The translations under genes were made by a program, and so were the position numbers. DNA of 64,000 bases from an uncultured delta proteobacterium. GTDB lineage: Bacteria; Desulfobacterota; Desulfobacteria; Desulfobacterales; Desulfosarcinaceae. Shown here piece after piece: positions 39,514 to 49,302 of this stretch. The DNA is taken from contig CAVONY010000029.1 in assembly GCA_963697405.1 (NCBI GenBank), positions 42,847-106,846 of the forward strand, given 5' to 3'. Under the pieces are notes generated by a model. It saw only the letters and a list, made by a program, of their open reading frames with translations, did not search any database and was not told the origin of the DNA. Numbering within the stretch: position 1 is the first letter of the stretch; each line of letters opens with the position of its first letter.

Positions 39514-39906
39514 ATGAAAATCCTGGTCGGTTATGACGGGTCCAATTCTGCCAAGGATGCCTTGGCTCTGGCAAAAAAACACGCCACCGCTTTCGATGCG
39601 ACAGTAATCATTGTATCATCGCTGACCGGCGGAAGCGTCACTCACGCAGTCGAAGTGGAACATGCCACCGAAAATCTGGAAACGGCCAAGAAGATGATTG
39701 ACGAGGACGGTATCCAGTGTGAAACCAAGCTTCTCGTGCGCGGCATGACACCGGGAGAGGATATTGTCGACTACGCCAAGGAAAAGGCGATTGATGAAAT
39801 CATCATCGGCATTAAACGCCGCTCCAAGGTAGGCAAACTGCTTTTCGGATCCAACGCACAATATATCATCATAAAAGCCCCCTGCCCCGTCGTCACCGTA
39901 AAATAA
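39514..39906 (+). CDS. Universal stress protein (UspA family)
   Basis: MKILVGYDGSNSAKDAL...IIIGIKRRSKVGKLLFGSNAQYIIIKAPCPVVTV. AAAGGAGAG RBS. Confidence 0.85.
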   Translation: MKILVGYDGSNSAKDALALAKKHATAFDATVIIVSSLTGGSVTHAVEVEHATENLETAKKMIDEDGIQCETKLLVRGMTPGEDIVDYAKEKAIDEIIIGIKRRSKVGKLLFGSNAQYIIIKAPCPVVTVK

Positions 39907-39942
39907 CCGAGATCGGGGCGAAACCCCTTACGCCCCGATCCA

Positions 39943-40596
39943 ATGGTTAATACCCATTCGTATTCAAAAGGACGCCCCGTGATCATCGCCGGTCTCACCG
40001 GAGGCATTGCCAGCGGTAAATCGACGGTATCCGGATTTCTTTCCGATGCCGGCGCCCAAGTCATCGATGCCGACCAAATCGCCCGGGAGGTCGTCAAACC
40101 GGGCACCCCTGGCTACGATGCGATTCTCGCCTTTTTTGGCCGGACGATTCTTATGCCCGGAGGGGATATTGACCGCAAGCGGTTGGGTGAGATTATCTTC
40201 AACGACCCGGATAAAAAAGCACGCCTGGACGCCATCGTTCACCCGTTGATCTTTGAACGTTCAGCGGAAAAGATCGCCCAAATCGCCGCCCAGAATCCCG
40301 ACGCGGTGGTGATCATGGACATCCCGCTGCTTTTTGAGGCAGGCATGGAAAGCGATCTTGCAGAAGTAATCGTCGTTTATGTACCCGAAAAGCTTCAGTT
40401 GGAGCGACTCATGAACCGGGATGGTATCGATGAACAGGCCGCCATGGCCCGGATCCGGTCCCAGATGTCCATCGAGGAGAAACGCAGGCGAGCCAAGGTT
40501 GTCATCGACAACAGCGGCACCACGTTCGATAGTCGGAGACAGGCGCTGGTGGCATTTAAGCGACTGAAGCAACGATCCAAACCCGGCACGAAATGA
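39943..40596 (+). CDS. coaE: Dephospho-CoA kinase
   Basis: IAGLTGGIASGKSTVS P-loop and typical length. The exact start is uncertain. Confidence 0.88.
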   Translation: MVNTHSYSKGRPVIIAGLTGGIASGKSTVSGFLSDAGAQVIDADQIAREVVKPGTPGYDAILAFFGRTILMPGGDIDRKRLGEIIFNDPDKKARLDAIVHPLIFERSAEKIAQIAAQNPDAVVIMDIPLLFEAGMESDLAEVIVVYVPEKLQLERLMNRDGIDEQAAMARIRSQMSIEEKRRRAKVVIDNSGTTFDSRRQALVAFKRLKQRSKPGTK

Positions 40597-40690
40597 GAAC
40601 GCATAGCCGTTGCAGCCTTGCCCCGAATCGATCAACTCGGTGGCGTCATGGCCGGACCCGCCACCATCCGGTTTAACCGTCCGTTTTCGT

Positions 40691-40719
40691 TTGACACGCT
40701 TTCTGTGCTGCCTTATATT
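40691..40719 (+). promoter_or_regulatory. Candidate sigma70-type promoter about 210 nt upstream of the HD-GYP gene
   Basis: TTGACA (40691-40696), a 17-nt spacer, then TATATT (40714-40719). Confidence 0.4.
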
Positions 40720-40928
40720 AACGCCGTTTGAAGACCTGATTCAGATTGAGATCTGAACACGACCCCGCCTGAGGCGAGACGACGCGCTTGACACCGCCCG
40801 ATGGTCGTTCCATCTTGCCATATTGATCTATCCGCGTTTCGGCAAACTGGAAGTAATGCCCAAGGCATAAGCAATAAACTGGTTATCTCAGCACTTACGC
40901 AGATTGACCCGGAGGCTGTCTGGCATCT

Positions 40929-41603
40929 ATGCGACAAAGAATGAAGGTCCGGAAACGGCTTTGTGAGCAGCACCTGCAGACATTGAGTGAAATTTCGCGC
41001 GCCCTTGGGGAAAAAGACCGGTATACCCAGACCCACGGCTACCGGGTTTCCCTTTATGCCATGCGCCTCGCCCGGCGATTGGGATTTTCCCCTGAAGAAA
41101 TCCGGAATGTGGGTATCGGCGGTTTGTTTCACGATGTTGGCAAGTTGGCCCTGAGCGATCGTATTTTCACCAATCGTGAAACCCATCTGCCCAGTGATCT
41201 TCAGCAGGAGGTGCGCTGCCACCCGCTGATTGGTGCCGCCCTGCTCAAGGATATCGACTTTATTAAACCGGCGGTGGATTTCGTGCTGTTTCACCACGAG
41301 CAGGAGGACGGGAACGGCTACCCCTTCGGTCTCAGGGCCGGTGAAATTCCGCCAGGCGCCAAAATTGTTAGCATTGCGGACTGCTTTGATGCGGTGACCA
41401 CAGACCGGCCCTATCAAAAAGGGCAATCGGTAGTTTCGGCCTATGAAATCCTTCGTGAAGGCTGCCGCCGTTTTTTCTGTGAAGAGTACGTAGAGACATT
41501 CATCGAAGAGGTCGAGGAGAACGGAATCATTCAAGACACCCGCTTCGATCCGCTACTTGCCGATGAACTGGTTCGATCGGCCGCCGGATGCAGTGCCAGG
41601 TAG
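40929..41603 (+). CDS. HD-GYP domain phosphodiesterase (stand-alone)
   Basis: HD (LFHDVGKLAL) and HHEQEDGNGYPFGL, the diagnostic HD-GYP signature. Confidence 0.85.
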   Translation: MRQRMKVRKRLCEQHLQTLSEISRALGEKDRYTQTHGYRVSLYAMRLARRLGFSPEEIRNVGIGGLFHDVGKLALSDRIFTNRETHLPSDLQQEVRCHPLIGAALLKDIDFIKPAVDFVLFHHEQEDGNGYPFGLRAGEIPPGAKIVSIADCFDAVTTDRPYQKGQSVVSAYEILREGCRRFFCEEYVETFIEEVEENGIIQDTRFDPLLADELVRSAAGCSAR

Positions 41604-41696
41604 TCCACAACCAAAACGATCACCATGGGCAAGAAAACCGTTAACGGGCCGCATTCGGCCTGTTTTTTTTGGCAAACGAATAAAGACGAATCGCAT

Positions 41697-43286
41697 ATGG
41701 ATCGACATTTCTTAGAAGAAATCAGAAAACGACGAACGTTCGGCATCATCAGCCATCCGGATGCCGGTAAGACCACATTAACGGAGAAGCTGCTCATGTT
41801 CGGCGGTGCTATCCAGATGGCCGGTGCCGTAAAGGCCAAACGGGCAGGACGCTATGCCACCAGCGACTGGATGGCCATCGAAAAAGAACGCGGTATTTCA
41901 GTGACGACATCGGTCATGAAATTCAATTACAGCGGCTTTGAGGTAAATCTGCTGGACACACCCGGCCACCAGGATTTTTCCGAGGATACCTACCGGGTGC
42001 TCACCGCCGTTGACAGCGCGCTCATGGTAATCGACAGCGCCAAGGGAGTGGAAACTCAGACCGAAAAACTCATGGAGGTGTGCCGTATGCGCAACACCCC
42101 CATCATGACCTTCATCAACAAACTGGACCGTGACGGGTTGTCTCCCCTGGACATCCTTTCGGATATCGAGGAAAAACTCCAAATCGAATGTGCTCCCCTA
42201 TCCTGGCCTATCGGAATGGGCAAGCGGTTTCGAGGGGTCTACAACCGGTACCACCGGCAGCTTCACCTGTTCAGCCCCGGCGGGCAAACGCGCCACCAGG
42301 AAGGAATCCTGATCACTGACCTGGCCGATCCCCGACTGGACGAGATGCTGGGCAGCCAGGCAAGGGAACTGCGCGACGATGTGGAACTGCTGGAGGGTGC
42401 CGCCAATCCCTTCGAATTGAACCAGTACCTCAAGGGCAGCCAGACGCCGGTATTCTTCGGCAGTGCCATCAACAACTTCGGCGTGCGGGAACTATTGAAT
42501 GCCTTTGTGGAGATGGCGCCATCCCCCAGGGCTCGGGCGACCACGACCCGCCAGGTCTTGCCCGAAGAGGATGCCTTTTCCGGCTTCGCCTTTAAAATTC
42601 AGGCCAACATGGACCCGGCCCATCGTGATCGTATCGCCTTTGTACGCATCTGTTCAGGCAAGTTCACCCGTGGTATGAAGGTGTTCCAGACCCGCATAGG
42701 CAAACAGGTCGCCTTGTCCAGCGCCACTATCTTCATGGCCCAGGATCGCGCCCATGTAGATGAGGCCTACCCCGGTGACATTATTGGCATTCACAACCAC
42801 GGCACCATCAGCATCGGGGACACCTTTTACGAAAAAGAGCCGCTCAGTTTCACCGGCATTCCCAATTTCGCACCCGACCACTTCCGCCGGGTCCGCCTGA
42901 AAAACCCCTTAAAGGCCAAGCAGCTCCTCAAGGGGCTCACGCAACTGGCCGAGGAGGGAGCGGTTCAATTCTTCCGCCCCCTGCTCGGAAACAACTATAT
43001 CCTTGGCGCCGTCGGCATTCTTCAGTTCGACGTGACAATGGCACGACTAAAAGCCGAGTACACGGTCGATGCCGACTATGAACCGGTGACCTTTGCCGCC
43101 GCCCGGTGGGTAACCAGCAAGGACAAAAAGAAACTGGACGCCTTTGAAAAGGAAAAGTATGCGAGCCTGGCCCTTGATTCCCAGGGGAAGCTGACTTACC
43201 TGGCCGCCAGCTTGTGGCGCCTTGAAAATGCCATGGAGGAGTGGCCGACGATCCGTTTTCATAAATCCCGCGAGCTGGCAGCTTGA
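41697..43286 (+). CDS. prfC: Peptide chain release factor 3
   Basis: [30 protein letters not shown] and NKLDR GTPase motifs. 529 aa counted from the ATG at 41697. Confidence 0.95.
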   Translation: MDRHFLEEIRKRRTFGIISHPDAGKTTLTEKLLMFGGAIQMAGAVKAKRAGRYATSDWMAIEKERGISVTTSVMKFNYSGFEVNLLDTPGHQDFSEDTYRVLTAVDSALMVIDSAKGVETQTEKLMEVCRMRNTPIMTFINKLDRDGLSPLDILSDIEEKLQIECAPLSWPIGMGKRFRGVYNRYHRQLHLFSPGGQTRHQEGILITDLADPRLDEMLGSQARELRDDVELLEGAANPFELNQYLKGSQTPVFFGSAINNFGVRELLNAFVEMAPSPRARATTTRQVLPEEDAFSGFAFKIQANMDPAHRDRIAFVRICSGKFTRGMKVFQTRIGKQVALSSATIFMAQDRAHVDEAYPGDIIGIHNHGTISIGDTFYEKEPLSFTGIPNFAPDHFRRVRLKNPLKAKQLLKGLTQLAEEGAVQFFRPLLGNNYILGAVGILQFDVTMARLKAEYTVDADYEPVTFAAARWVTSKDKKKLDAFEKEKYASLALDSQGKLTYLAASLWRLENAMEEWPTIRFHKSRELAA

Positions 43287-43345
43287 TGGCATCGCCAGAC
43301 CGGATGGGAATTGAACCGCGGTCGCCACAAAACAATTGCGCAAGG

Positions 43346-45028
43346 CTAACGAATCCGGCCGCTGCCATCGGGAATGGTGTCCGAACCATCAATGGCCAGC
43401 AGGTAAGATCTGAGGTTGGACCGCTTTTTCTTGATGCCCAGTTTCCTTCGAATGGTGTAGCGGACGGCCTCGATGGTTCGGGTGGACAGCCCCAGGATAC
43501 GTGCGACATCTTTGGTGGTCTTTCCCTGTTTGACCAGATTGGCCACCTGGATTTCAGCGGGTGTGAAATTCAGGTAGTGCCTTGACATGCGCCGGGACAG
43601 GGGCGAGATGATTTCGTTGAGATTGGCTTCCACCAGGTTGAGATAGACCCGCTGGTGCTCATCCATACGACTGGCATTGAGCTTTTCCAGGTAGGGCAGA
43701 ATCAGGCTCTTGGTGTTGGTCAGCATCTTCTCTTCCATTTCCATGCGATCCGCTTCACGCTTTTGCAGAAGCACCTCCAAGGCCGTATTGACCTCGGACA
43801 GGCTTTCAGTTCTCTCCTTTAGCTCCTTTTCCCTGGATTTCAATGCCGCAGTGGCTTCCATCTCTTTGGTAATATCCAGAACGATCCCGTTGAAAAACAA
43901 GCTGTTGTCGGTTTCTTCAGGTACCGCGACGGAAATGATGTGCAGCCATCGCCACCCGCTGCCCGAGCGGTCGCGAATCCGAACCGTTTCATCTAGCCGG
44001 TGGGTGTCGAGCATCTTCAGTCCAGCGGCCAGCAGGCGTTCCCGGTCATCCGGGCGGAGCATATCGAGCCAGGACTGAAAGTCGGTTACCCTGCTCAGGT
44101 CGACGATCTCCCCTATGGACGGGCTGATAAAAATACGCCTTGGCCGGTATGGGGTCTCTGGCCGGTGACACAAGCGGAACAGGATGAAGTTGGAGGCGCT
44201 TTCCATCAAGGAACGCAGGTGGCGCTCATTTTCTCTAAGCGCCGCTTCCGCCGTGACCTGTGCGTCGATATCGCGCAGCACCGTCACCCGAACCTCGCGT
44301 CCGTCGATCCGGATCATCTTCCCCTGGATCATCACATGAAACCGGGTGCCGTCCTTTTTCACGGCTACTGCATGGTAAGGCTTTTCGTAACCGGAAAGCA
44401 TGTTTTCCCTGACCCGCGACTGGTAGTCCGGTGCAATGATGTCGGTACCGAAAATGCCGATCAACGCTTCGCGAGGTTTATCGAACATGATGGATGCCGC
44501 GCGATTGGTGTCAATGCAGATCCCTTTTTTGGAAATGAACACCGCTTCAAAGGTCGCATCGGCCAGCGCACGGTATCGCTGCCGGCTCTCTTCCAATTCG
44601 CTTTCCATACGGTTCAGATTGCTGATGTCCTGGATCTGGACAATCAAATGGCGGGCAGCGCCCGCCTGGTCAGCGACAACGGCGAGGTTCAACAGCCCCC
44701 GGACCGCTTTTCCAGCCTTGTGCCGGCATTTGAGAGTGAGCTGTTTGTGGCCTGGTTTGCCGGTCAACATGTCCCGGGATAGTTCGGACAGCTGGCGCCA
44801 CTGGTCCGGCGCCATGATGTCTTCCAGGCGTCGGTCCAGAAGTGTTTCTTCCGAATAGCCAAGCAGGGTGCACAGGGCTGAATTGACCCTGATGAAGCGG
44901 CCGTCGAGATGCGTAATGGCCATCCCTGTGCCCGCCTGGTCAAAGAGGGCACGGATTAGTGCGTCCTTGTCCTGAAACGGGTCGTTCGAAATAGGTTTCG
45001 GCGGGTCATGCCGGGGAGATCTTTTCAT
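43346..45028 (-). CDS. Multi-PAS-domain LuxR-family transcriptional regulator
   Basis: C-terminal HTH FTPAEIQVANLVKQGKTTKDVARILGLSTRTIEAVRYTIRRKLG with several PAS-like repeats upstream. Start at MKRSPRH with an AGGGGA RBS. Confidence 0.8.
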   Translation of the reverse strand: MKRSPRHDPPKPISNDPFQDKDALIRALFDQAGTGMAITHLDGRFIRVNSALCTLLGYSEETLLDRRLEDIMAPDQWRQLSELSRDMLTGKPGHKQLTLKCRHKAGKAVRGLLNLAVVADQAGAARHLIVQIQDISNLNRMESELEESRQRYRALADATFEAVFISKKGICIDTNRAASIMFDKPREALIGIFGTDIIAPDYQSRVRENMLSGYEKPYHAVAVKKDGTRFHVMIQGKMIRIDGREVRVTVLRDIDAQVTAEAALRENERHLRSLMESASNFILFRLCHRPETPYRPRRIFISPSIGEIVDLSRVTDFQSWLDMLRPDDRERLLAAGLKMLDTHRLDETVRIRDRSGSGWRWLHIISVAVPEETDNSLFFNGIVLDITKEMEATAALKSREKELKERTESLSEVNTALEVLLQKREADRMEMEEKMLTNTKSLILPYLEKLNASRMDEHQRVYLNLVEANLNEIISPLSRRMSRHYLNFTPAEIQVANLVKQGKTTKDVARILGLSTRTIEAVRYTIRRKLGIKKKRSNLRSYLLAIDGSDTIPDGSGRIR

Positions 45029-45172
45029 TTTCCCCTGTTTCCGCGGGTTGGTTTTAGAAATGGTCGTAGTGTGCGAACACATGGGGTTCGCGGCGTTTGG
45101 GCGCACTCCCCATCTTAGCGGCTTACCCCAACGGAACCAGGGTGACCCGTTCATATCTGTCTGGAACGGTGA

Positions 45173-45889
45173 TCAACCGATATTGAATTGGCCCGACTCG
45201 ATATAGGGCACATCCTCGACATCGATGGCCTGGACGATGGCTTGATTCAGCCGTTTCTTCATCTCCGCGACCACTGGACGTCTTTTGTTGATGGCCAGGG
45301 CGAAGGCCATGGTTTCTTCCATGAGTGTGCCGATGGGGCAGGCCTTGTGCACAATATGATGGTCCACACATTGATCGGCAGTCAGCCGGACACCAGTGAA
45401 CTCCATGTACTCCACCATGTACATGGGCATGGCCTTTTTCAGCAGTTCGTTCATGCCCGGTAAAAAAGGGATCCCCAGGTCCACTTCGGGGAAACAGAAA
45501 AACCCGCGGTCTGATCGCATAAAACGGAAATCAAACGCACAGCACATAATGGCACCGCCGGCGAAGGCGTGACCGGAGATTGCGGCCACGGTCACTAGCG
45601 GATAGGTAACGATGCGTTTGAACATGCGGTTTAGCAGGTAAAAGTAATCTTTGGCCAAAGCGAGGTCATTTTTTTCTATAACCGGCACCAGCCACTCCAG
45701 ATCGATGCCGTTGGAAAATATCTTTTCATGGGATGCGGTCACCACCAGGGTGGTGACATCGGTGGTATTCTCGATCTCATCGAGAACGCCTAAATAGGCG
45801 TTGATAAAATCCGGATTAAACCGATTCTCCCCATCGTTCAGGGTAATTGTGGCAACATGCTCATTTACCGCGTACGTCACCATTGTCAT
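45173..45889 (-). CDS. Enoyl-CoA hydratase/isomerase (crotonase) family protein
   Basis: VVTASHEKIFSNGIDL and AISGHAFAGG oxyanion-hole-type motifs. Confidence 0.85.
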   Translation of the reverse strand: MTMVTYAVNEHVATITLNDGENRFNPDFINAYLGVLDEIENTTDVTTLVVTASHEKIFSNGIDLEWLVPVIEKNDLALAKDYFYLLNRMFKRIVTYPLVTVAAISGHAFAGGAIMCCAFDFRFMRSDRGFFCFPEVDLGIPFLPGMNELLKKAMPMYMVEYMEFTGVRLTADQCVDHHIVHKACPIGTLMEETMAFALAINKRRPVVAEMKKRLNQAIVQAIDVEDVPYIESGQFNIG

Positions 45890-46063
45890 GGTCTGCTCCT
45901 AATAATGCGTCGATGGTTGGTCATGGATGGGATTCAAATTGCGGCAACCGCAATAGCCGCCTGGCGGCGCTTATGCTTATCGCCTGCGATTGGGGTTCAC
46001 TGCGTTATAGCAAGGCAGCGCTGGAGCTGCAAGTAAAAGAATGCCGCCGATGGGGAACCAACC

Positions 46064-46230
46064 AGTGCCCATCCAGAAATGGTAGATTTTGGTTCAGGCC
46101 AAGGCCGCAGCGAAATTGAAACCGCAGGCGCAGTGGCACTACGTCGAGGATAGCGCTGAAGCTTCACGACGTGCTCAATCGAGCGAGAACGCAGGCATGG
46201 GCCGAAAGATGCCGTTTCTGGATGGGCACT
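46064..46230. other. About 167-nt element closed by a 19-bp near-perfect inverted repeat (ncRNA or MITE-like)
   Basis: AGTGCCCATCCAGAAATGG (46064-46082) against CCGTTTCTGGATGGGCACT (46212-46230). One position is G-U compatible on the + strand only. Internal hairpins ACGTCG...CGACGT and GGCAT...ATGCC. Confidence 0.4.
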
Positions 46231-46234
46231 AACT

Positions 46235-46262
46235 AAAAAAGGCGACCTGCAGCAGGTCGCCT
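46235..46262 (-). terminator. Rho-independent terminator of the selenoprotein gene
   Basis: On the minus strand AGGCGACCTGC pairs with GCAGGTCGCCT, followed by T6. Confidence 0.75.
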
Positions 46263-46288
46263 TTCAGAAATAGTTTGGTCCGGGTCGA

Positions 46289-46603
46289 TCAGGAGCAGCA
46301 GGAGCCCTTGGTACCGCAGCTGGTGCAGCCGGCGCCGAAGTCCATCCCACTGTCCAGCTTGAAACCGTACTGTTGGAAATCTACCTTGATTGGCTGTGCT
46401 TTTTCAAGAAATTCCGTGTTGACGATGAATTGAAAACCGTCGATGTCAAACGCTTTGTCCGTATCGGCAAGCTCATCCAGAGCCATGGCCAGGCCGGGGC
46501 CCCCTCAGCCGCCTTCGTTGAGGAAAATCCGGATCGGTTTGACATCTTTTCCTTTGAAATATTCGGCAATTTGTTCAACTGCCGGCTGTGTGACCTCAAG
46601 CAT
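46289..46603 (-). CDS. HesB/IscA-like selenoprotein (in-frame UGA read as Sec at 46505-46507)
   Basis: Joined reading: MLEVTQPAVEQIAEYFKGKDVKPIRIFLNEGG-U-GGPGLAMALDELADTDKAFDIDGFQFIV... The TGA sits where HesB/IscA proteins have the GGCxG cysteine. AAGGAGGG RBS before the ATG at 46603. The ORF track reports only the part after the TGA. Confidence 0.75.
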
Positions 46604-46821
46604 AATACCCTCCTTGAAAATAAAAAAAACCGGCCCGAGACGCCTAAGGACCGGAAACCCTTAATTGGCTTCAGACGAGGAACTTAACCATGTCCATCGG
46701 GTTTGTCAATCCCAATTCCAACGGGTATCGACAAGGGATATAATAACACCGGTTTCATCGCTTTCCGGCAGAAAGGGATTCCCATGGAATCCATATGCAT
46801 GCGCAGTCGGCCGCAACCCCC

Positions 46822-47343
46822 CTATCCCAACCGATGAGACAGATATCGGGCGTATAGGTCAAGATCGGCTGGCGAAAAGAGCATAAAGATCACCCTCGCA
46901 GGAATTTCATGGGTGTCCATAAACGTGGCGCAGGTGTCCACGGCAATTTTACCGGCGTCGGTAATGGGATAACCATAAACCCCGCAACTGATGGCGGGAA
47001 ATGCCAGGGTTCGGATCCCGTGGGCCATGGCCAGCGCCAGGCTGTTGGTGTAACAGCCGGCCAGCAGGCGGCTGTCCTCAGGCCGACCCCGGTAAACCGG
47101 CCCCACGGTGTGAATCACATATCGGGCCGGCAGTCGGTATCCTTGGGTTAAACGGGCTTCGCCGGTGGGGCAACCGCCGATGGTTCGGCACTCGGCAAGC
47201 AGTTCGGGTCCAGCGGCCCGGTGGATGGCCCCGTCCACCCCGCCGCCGCCCAGCAGCGAGGAGTTGGCCGCATTGACGATGGCGTCCACGGCCAATTGGG
47301 TGATGTCTCCCTGCCGGGCTTCCAGTCGTTCTTTCAGGATCAT
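46822..47343 (-). CDS. Macro-domain protein (O-acetyl-ADP-ribose deacetylase, YmdB-like)
   Basis: GDITQLAVDAIVNAANSSLLGGGGVDGAIHRAAG is the canonical macro domain. The start at 47343 avoids overlap with the upstream gene. Confidence 0.85.
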   Translation of the reverse strand: MILKERLEARQGDITQLAVDAIVNAANSSLLGGGGVDGAIHRAAGPELLAECRTIGGCPTGEARLTQGYRLPARYVIHTVGPVYRGRPEDSRLLAGCYTNSLALAMAHGIRTLAFPAISCGVYGYPITDAGKIAVDTCATFMDTHEIPARVIFMLFSPADLDLYARYLSHRLG

Positions 47344-47350
47344 GGGTGGC

Positions 47351-47845
47351 CTACAGATCATAAAGGGTTTCATCCCGCATGGGAGCCTGTCTGGCGGCTG
47401 CGGTCCCCTTACCTTTTTTTTCCGGCAACACAAACGGATCTTCCCCTTCCAACAGGTCCCCCATCTCCGCCTCGACCTGCTCCGGATCCTCGCCGCGCTC
47501 CATGCGCCGCAAGGCTTCTTCCATGCCCGCACCCATTTCCATACCGGTCATGTCGGTGAGTTTTCGCATGAGATCGGCGGCCTGGCGCGGGTCATCTTCG
47601 TTGATCCGGTCGGCTTCGCCGGCCAGCATCTGCATGGCCTTTTCCATCTTGCCCTCGTCAAAGGGCAAGTCGTCGCCATCACCGGCCTCCTTAGCCTTCC
47701 CGGTAAAAGCGAAGGCAGACATCTGCCGATCCAGGGTGCGGGTCTGGCATTGCGGGCATTTGGGTTTTTTGGAGGTGTTGATGGTTTTGGAAAAAAAATT
47801 GAAAAGCGTATTGCAATCCGGACAGTAAAACTCATAGATCGGCAT
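47351..47845 (-). CDS. FmdB-family zinc-ribbon protein with an acidic C-terminal tail
   Basis: MPIYEFYCPDCN...CPQCQ. Confidence 0.75.
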   Translation of the reverse strand: MPIYEFYCPDCNTLFNFFSKTINTSKKPKCPQCQTRTLDRQMSAFAFTGKAKEAGDGDDLPFDEGKMEKAMQMLAGEADRINEDDPRQAADLMRKLTDMTGMEMGAGMEEALRRMERGEDPEQVEAEMGDLLEGEDPFVLPEKKGKGTAAARQAPMRDETLYDL

Positions 47846-48118
47846 ATTTTCTCCACATTTCGCTTGTTATTGGATGCTAACGGCTTGTTTATGCAATGAA
47901 AGAATCAAATCTGGGCAATCAAAATAATAGACCGCCAACCGCATGATGTCAACGGGTACAACGGATGTGGCAAAGGGTTGTCGCTTACCATTAATATCAA
48001 GATATCAGTTTGTTGAAACATAAAAAATAGATATGGGCATCCAGTGGAACCGGTTGACTTGATATCGGCCTTCTGTTATGGCAGCGTCGAACCAAAACCC
48101 GATGAAAGGAAACCCAAT

Positions 48119-48538
48119 ATGGAAAGAACATTGTCAATCATCAAGCCCGATGGCGTGGCCCGGGGCGTGATCGGCGAAGTGGTCAGACGGCTGGAGGCCA
48201 ATCGTCTAGATATCATGGCCATGAAGATGATCCATATGACCAAGGCCCAGGCCGAAGGCTTTTACGCCGTGCATCGCCAGCGGCCCTTTTTCGACAGCCT
48301 CACCGACTTCATGTCTTCCGGCCCGGCGGTGGTCATGGTTCTTGAGGGGGATAATGCCATTGCCCGCTATCGTGAGCTCATGGGTGCCACCAATTACAAG
48401 GAAGCGGCCGAAGGCACTATCCGGAGCGATTTTGCCACCGATATCGAAAAAAACGTGGTCCACGGTTCAGACGCCCCGGAAACCGCGGCGTTTGAGATCG
48501 GCTACTTTTTCAATGCCTTTGAAATCAATGCCCGATGA
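48119..48538 (+). CDS. ndk: Nucleoside diphosphate kinase
   Basis: [13 protein letters not shown]...NVVHGSD is canonical Ndk. Confidence 0.96.
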   Translation: MERTLSIIKPDGVARGVIGEVVRRLEANRLDIMAMKMIHMTKAQAEGFYAVHRQRPFFDSLTDFMSSGPAVVMVLEGDNAIARYRELMGATNYKEAAEGTIRSDFATDIEKNVVHGSDAPETAAFEIGYFFNAFEINAR

Positions 48539-49302
48539 CCATCGGTGTCACCCGTGACAACATCACCATCGTCCTGCAGCGGCCCCGATATCCGGAAAAT
48601 ATCGGGGCCGCTGCACGGGCCATGTGCAACATGGGGTTGACCCGCCTGATCGTGGTTGACCCGGACCGCTGGGACGACGCACGCATCCGGCGGCTGGCCA
48701 CCCATGAGGCCGGATCCGTGGTTGACGGGATCCGGCGCGTCGATTCGCTTGATGAAGCCCTGGCGCCATTCGGTCATGTGGTCGGAACCACCGCTCGGCT
48801 GGGAGGCCAGCGTCCGGTGATCAAGTCTCCTGAAGTTCTGGCCCGACGCCTGATTCCCATTTCCAGAAACAATCCCGTGGCCATCCTCTTCGGCCCCGAA
48901 GATCGCGGACTCACCAACGACGATCTGAAACGCTGCCACCAGCTGGTCAATATCCCCACGGTGGACTTCACCTCCCTGAACCTGGCCCAGGCCGTCATGG
49001 TGGTCTGCTACTGCCTTTCTACAGCCGCCCAGACTGGTCCTGCCGACTTCACGCCCCGTCTGGCCAAACGCATCGAACTGGACCAGATGTACGAGGAACT
49101 GACCGCGTCACTGGTTCAAATCGGGTACATGAACCCGGAAAACCCGGACTATTGGATGATCCGCATCCGCCGGTTTTTCTCCCGGATGTCACTGCGTGCC
49201 GCTGAAACCAGCATCATCCGCGGTATCTGCCGGCAGATTCACTGGTACGGGGGCAAGCGCTATAACGACGGGTTGAAAGACGGCAGCAAGGGCGAATCCT
49301 GA
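48535..49302 (+). CDS. SpoU/TrmH-family RNA 2'-O-methyltransferase (TrmJ-like)
   Basis: [32 protein letters not shown] and SLNLAQAV SpoU motifs. ATGA overlap with ndk. Confidence 0.85.
   Translation: MTIGVTRDNITIVLQRPRYPENIGAAARAMCNMGLTRLIVVDPDRWDDARIRRLATHEAGSVVDGIRRVDSLDEALAPFGHVVGTTARLGGQRPVIKSPEVLARRLIPISRNNPVAILFGPEDRGLTNDDLKRCHQLVNIPTVDFTSLNLAQAVMVVCYCLSTAAQTGPADFTPRLAKRIELDQMYEELTASLVQIGYMNPENPDYWMIRIRRFFSRMSLRAAETSIIRGICRQIHWYGGKRYNDGLKDGSKGES

Noticed and set aside
40713-41534. 273-aa minus-strand ORF opposite the HD-GYP gene
   Set aside because: The plus-strand frame carries the diagnostic HD and HHExxDGxGYP motifs. The antisense ORF has none.
46064-46230. 6S RNA assignment for the 167-nt stem-closed element
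   Set aside because: The size and closing stem fit. However, the two halves of the interior are not complementary (they share direct, not inverted, repeats), so the rod-with-central-bubble architecture of 6S RNA cannot form.
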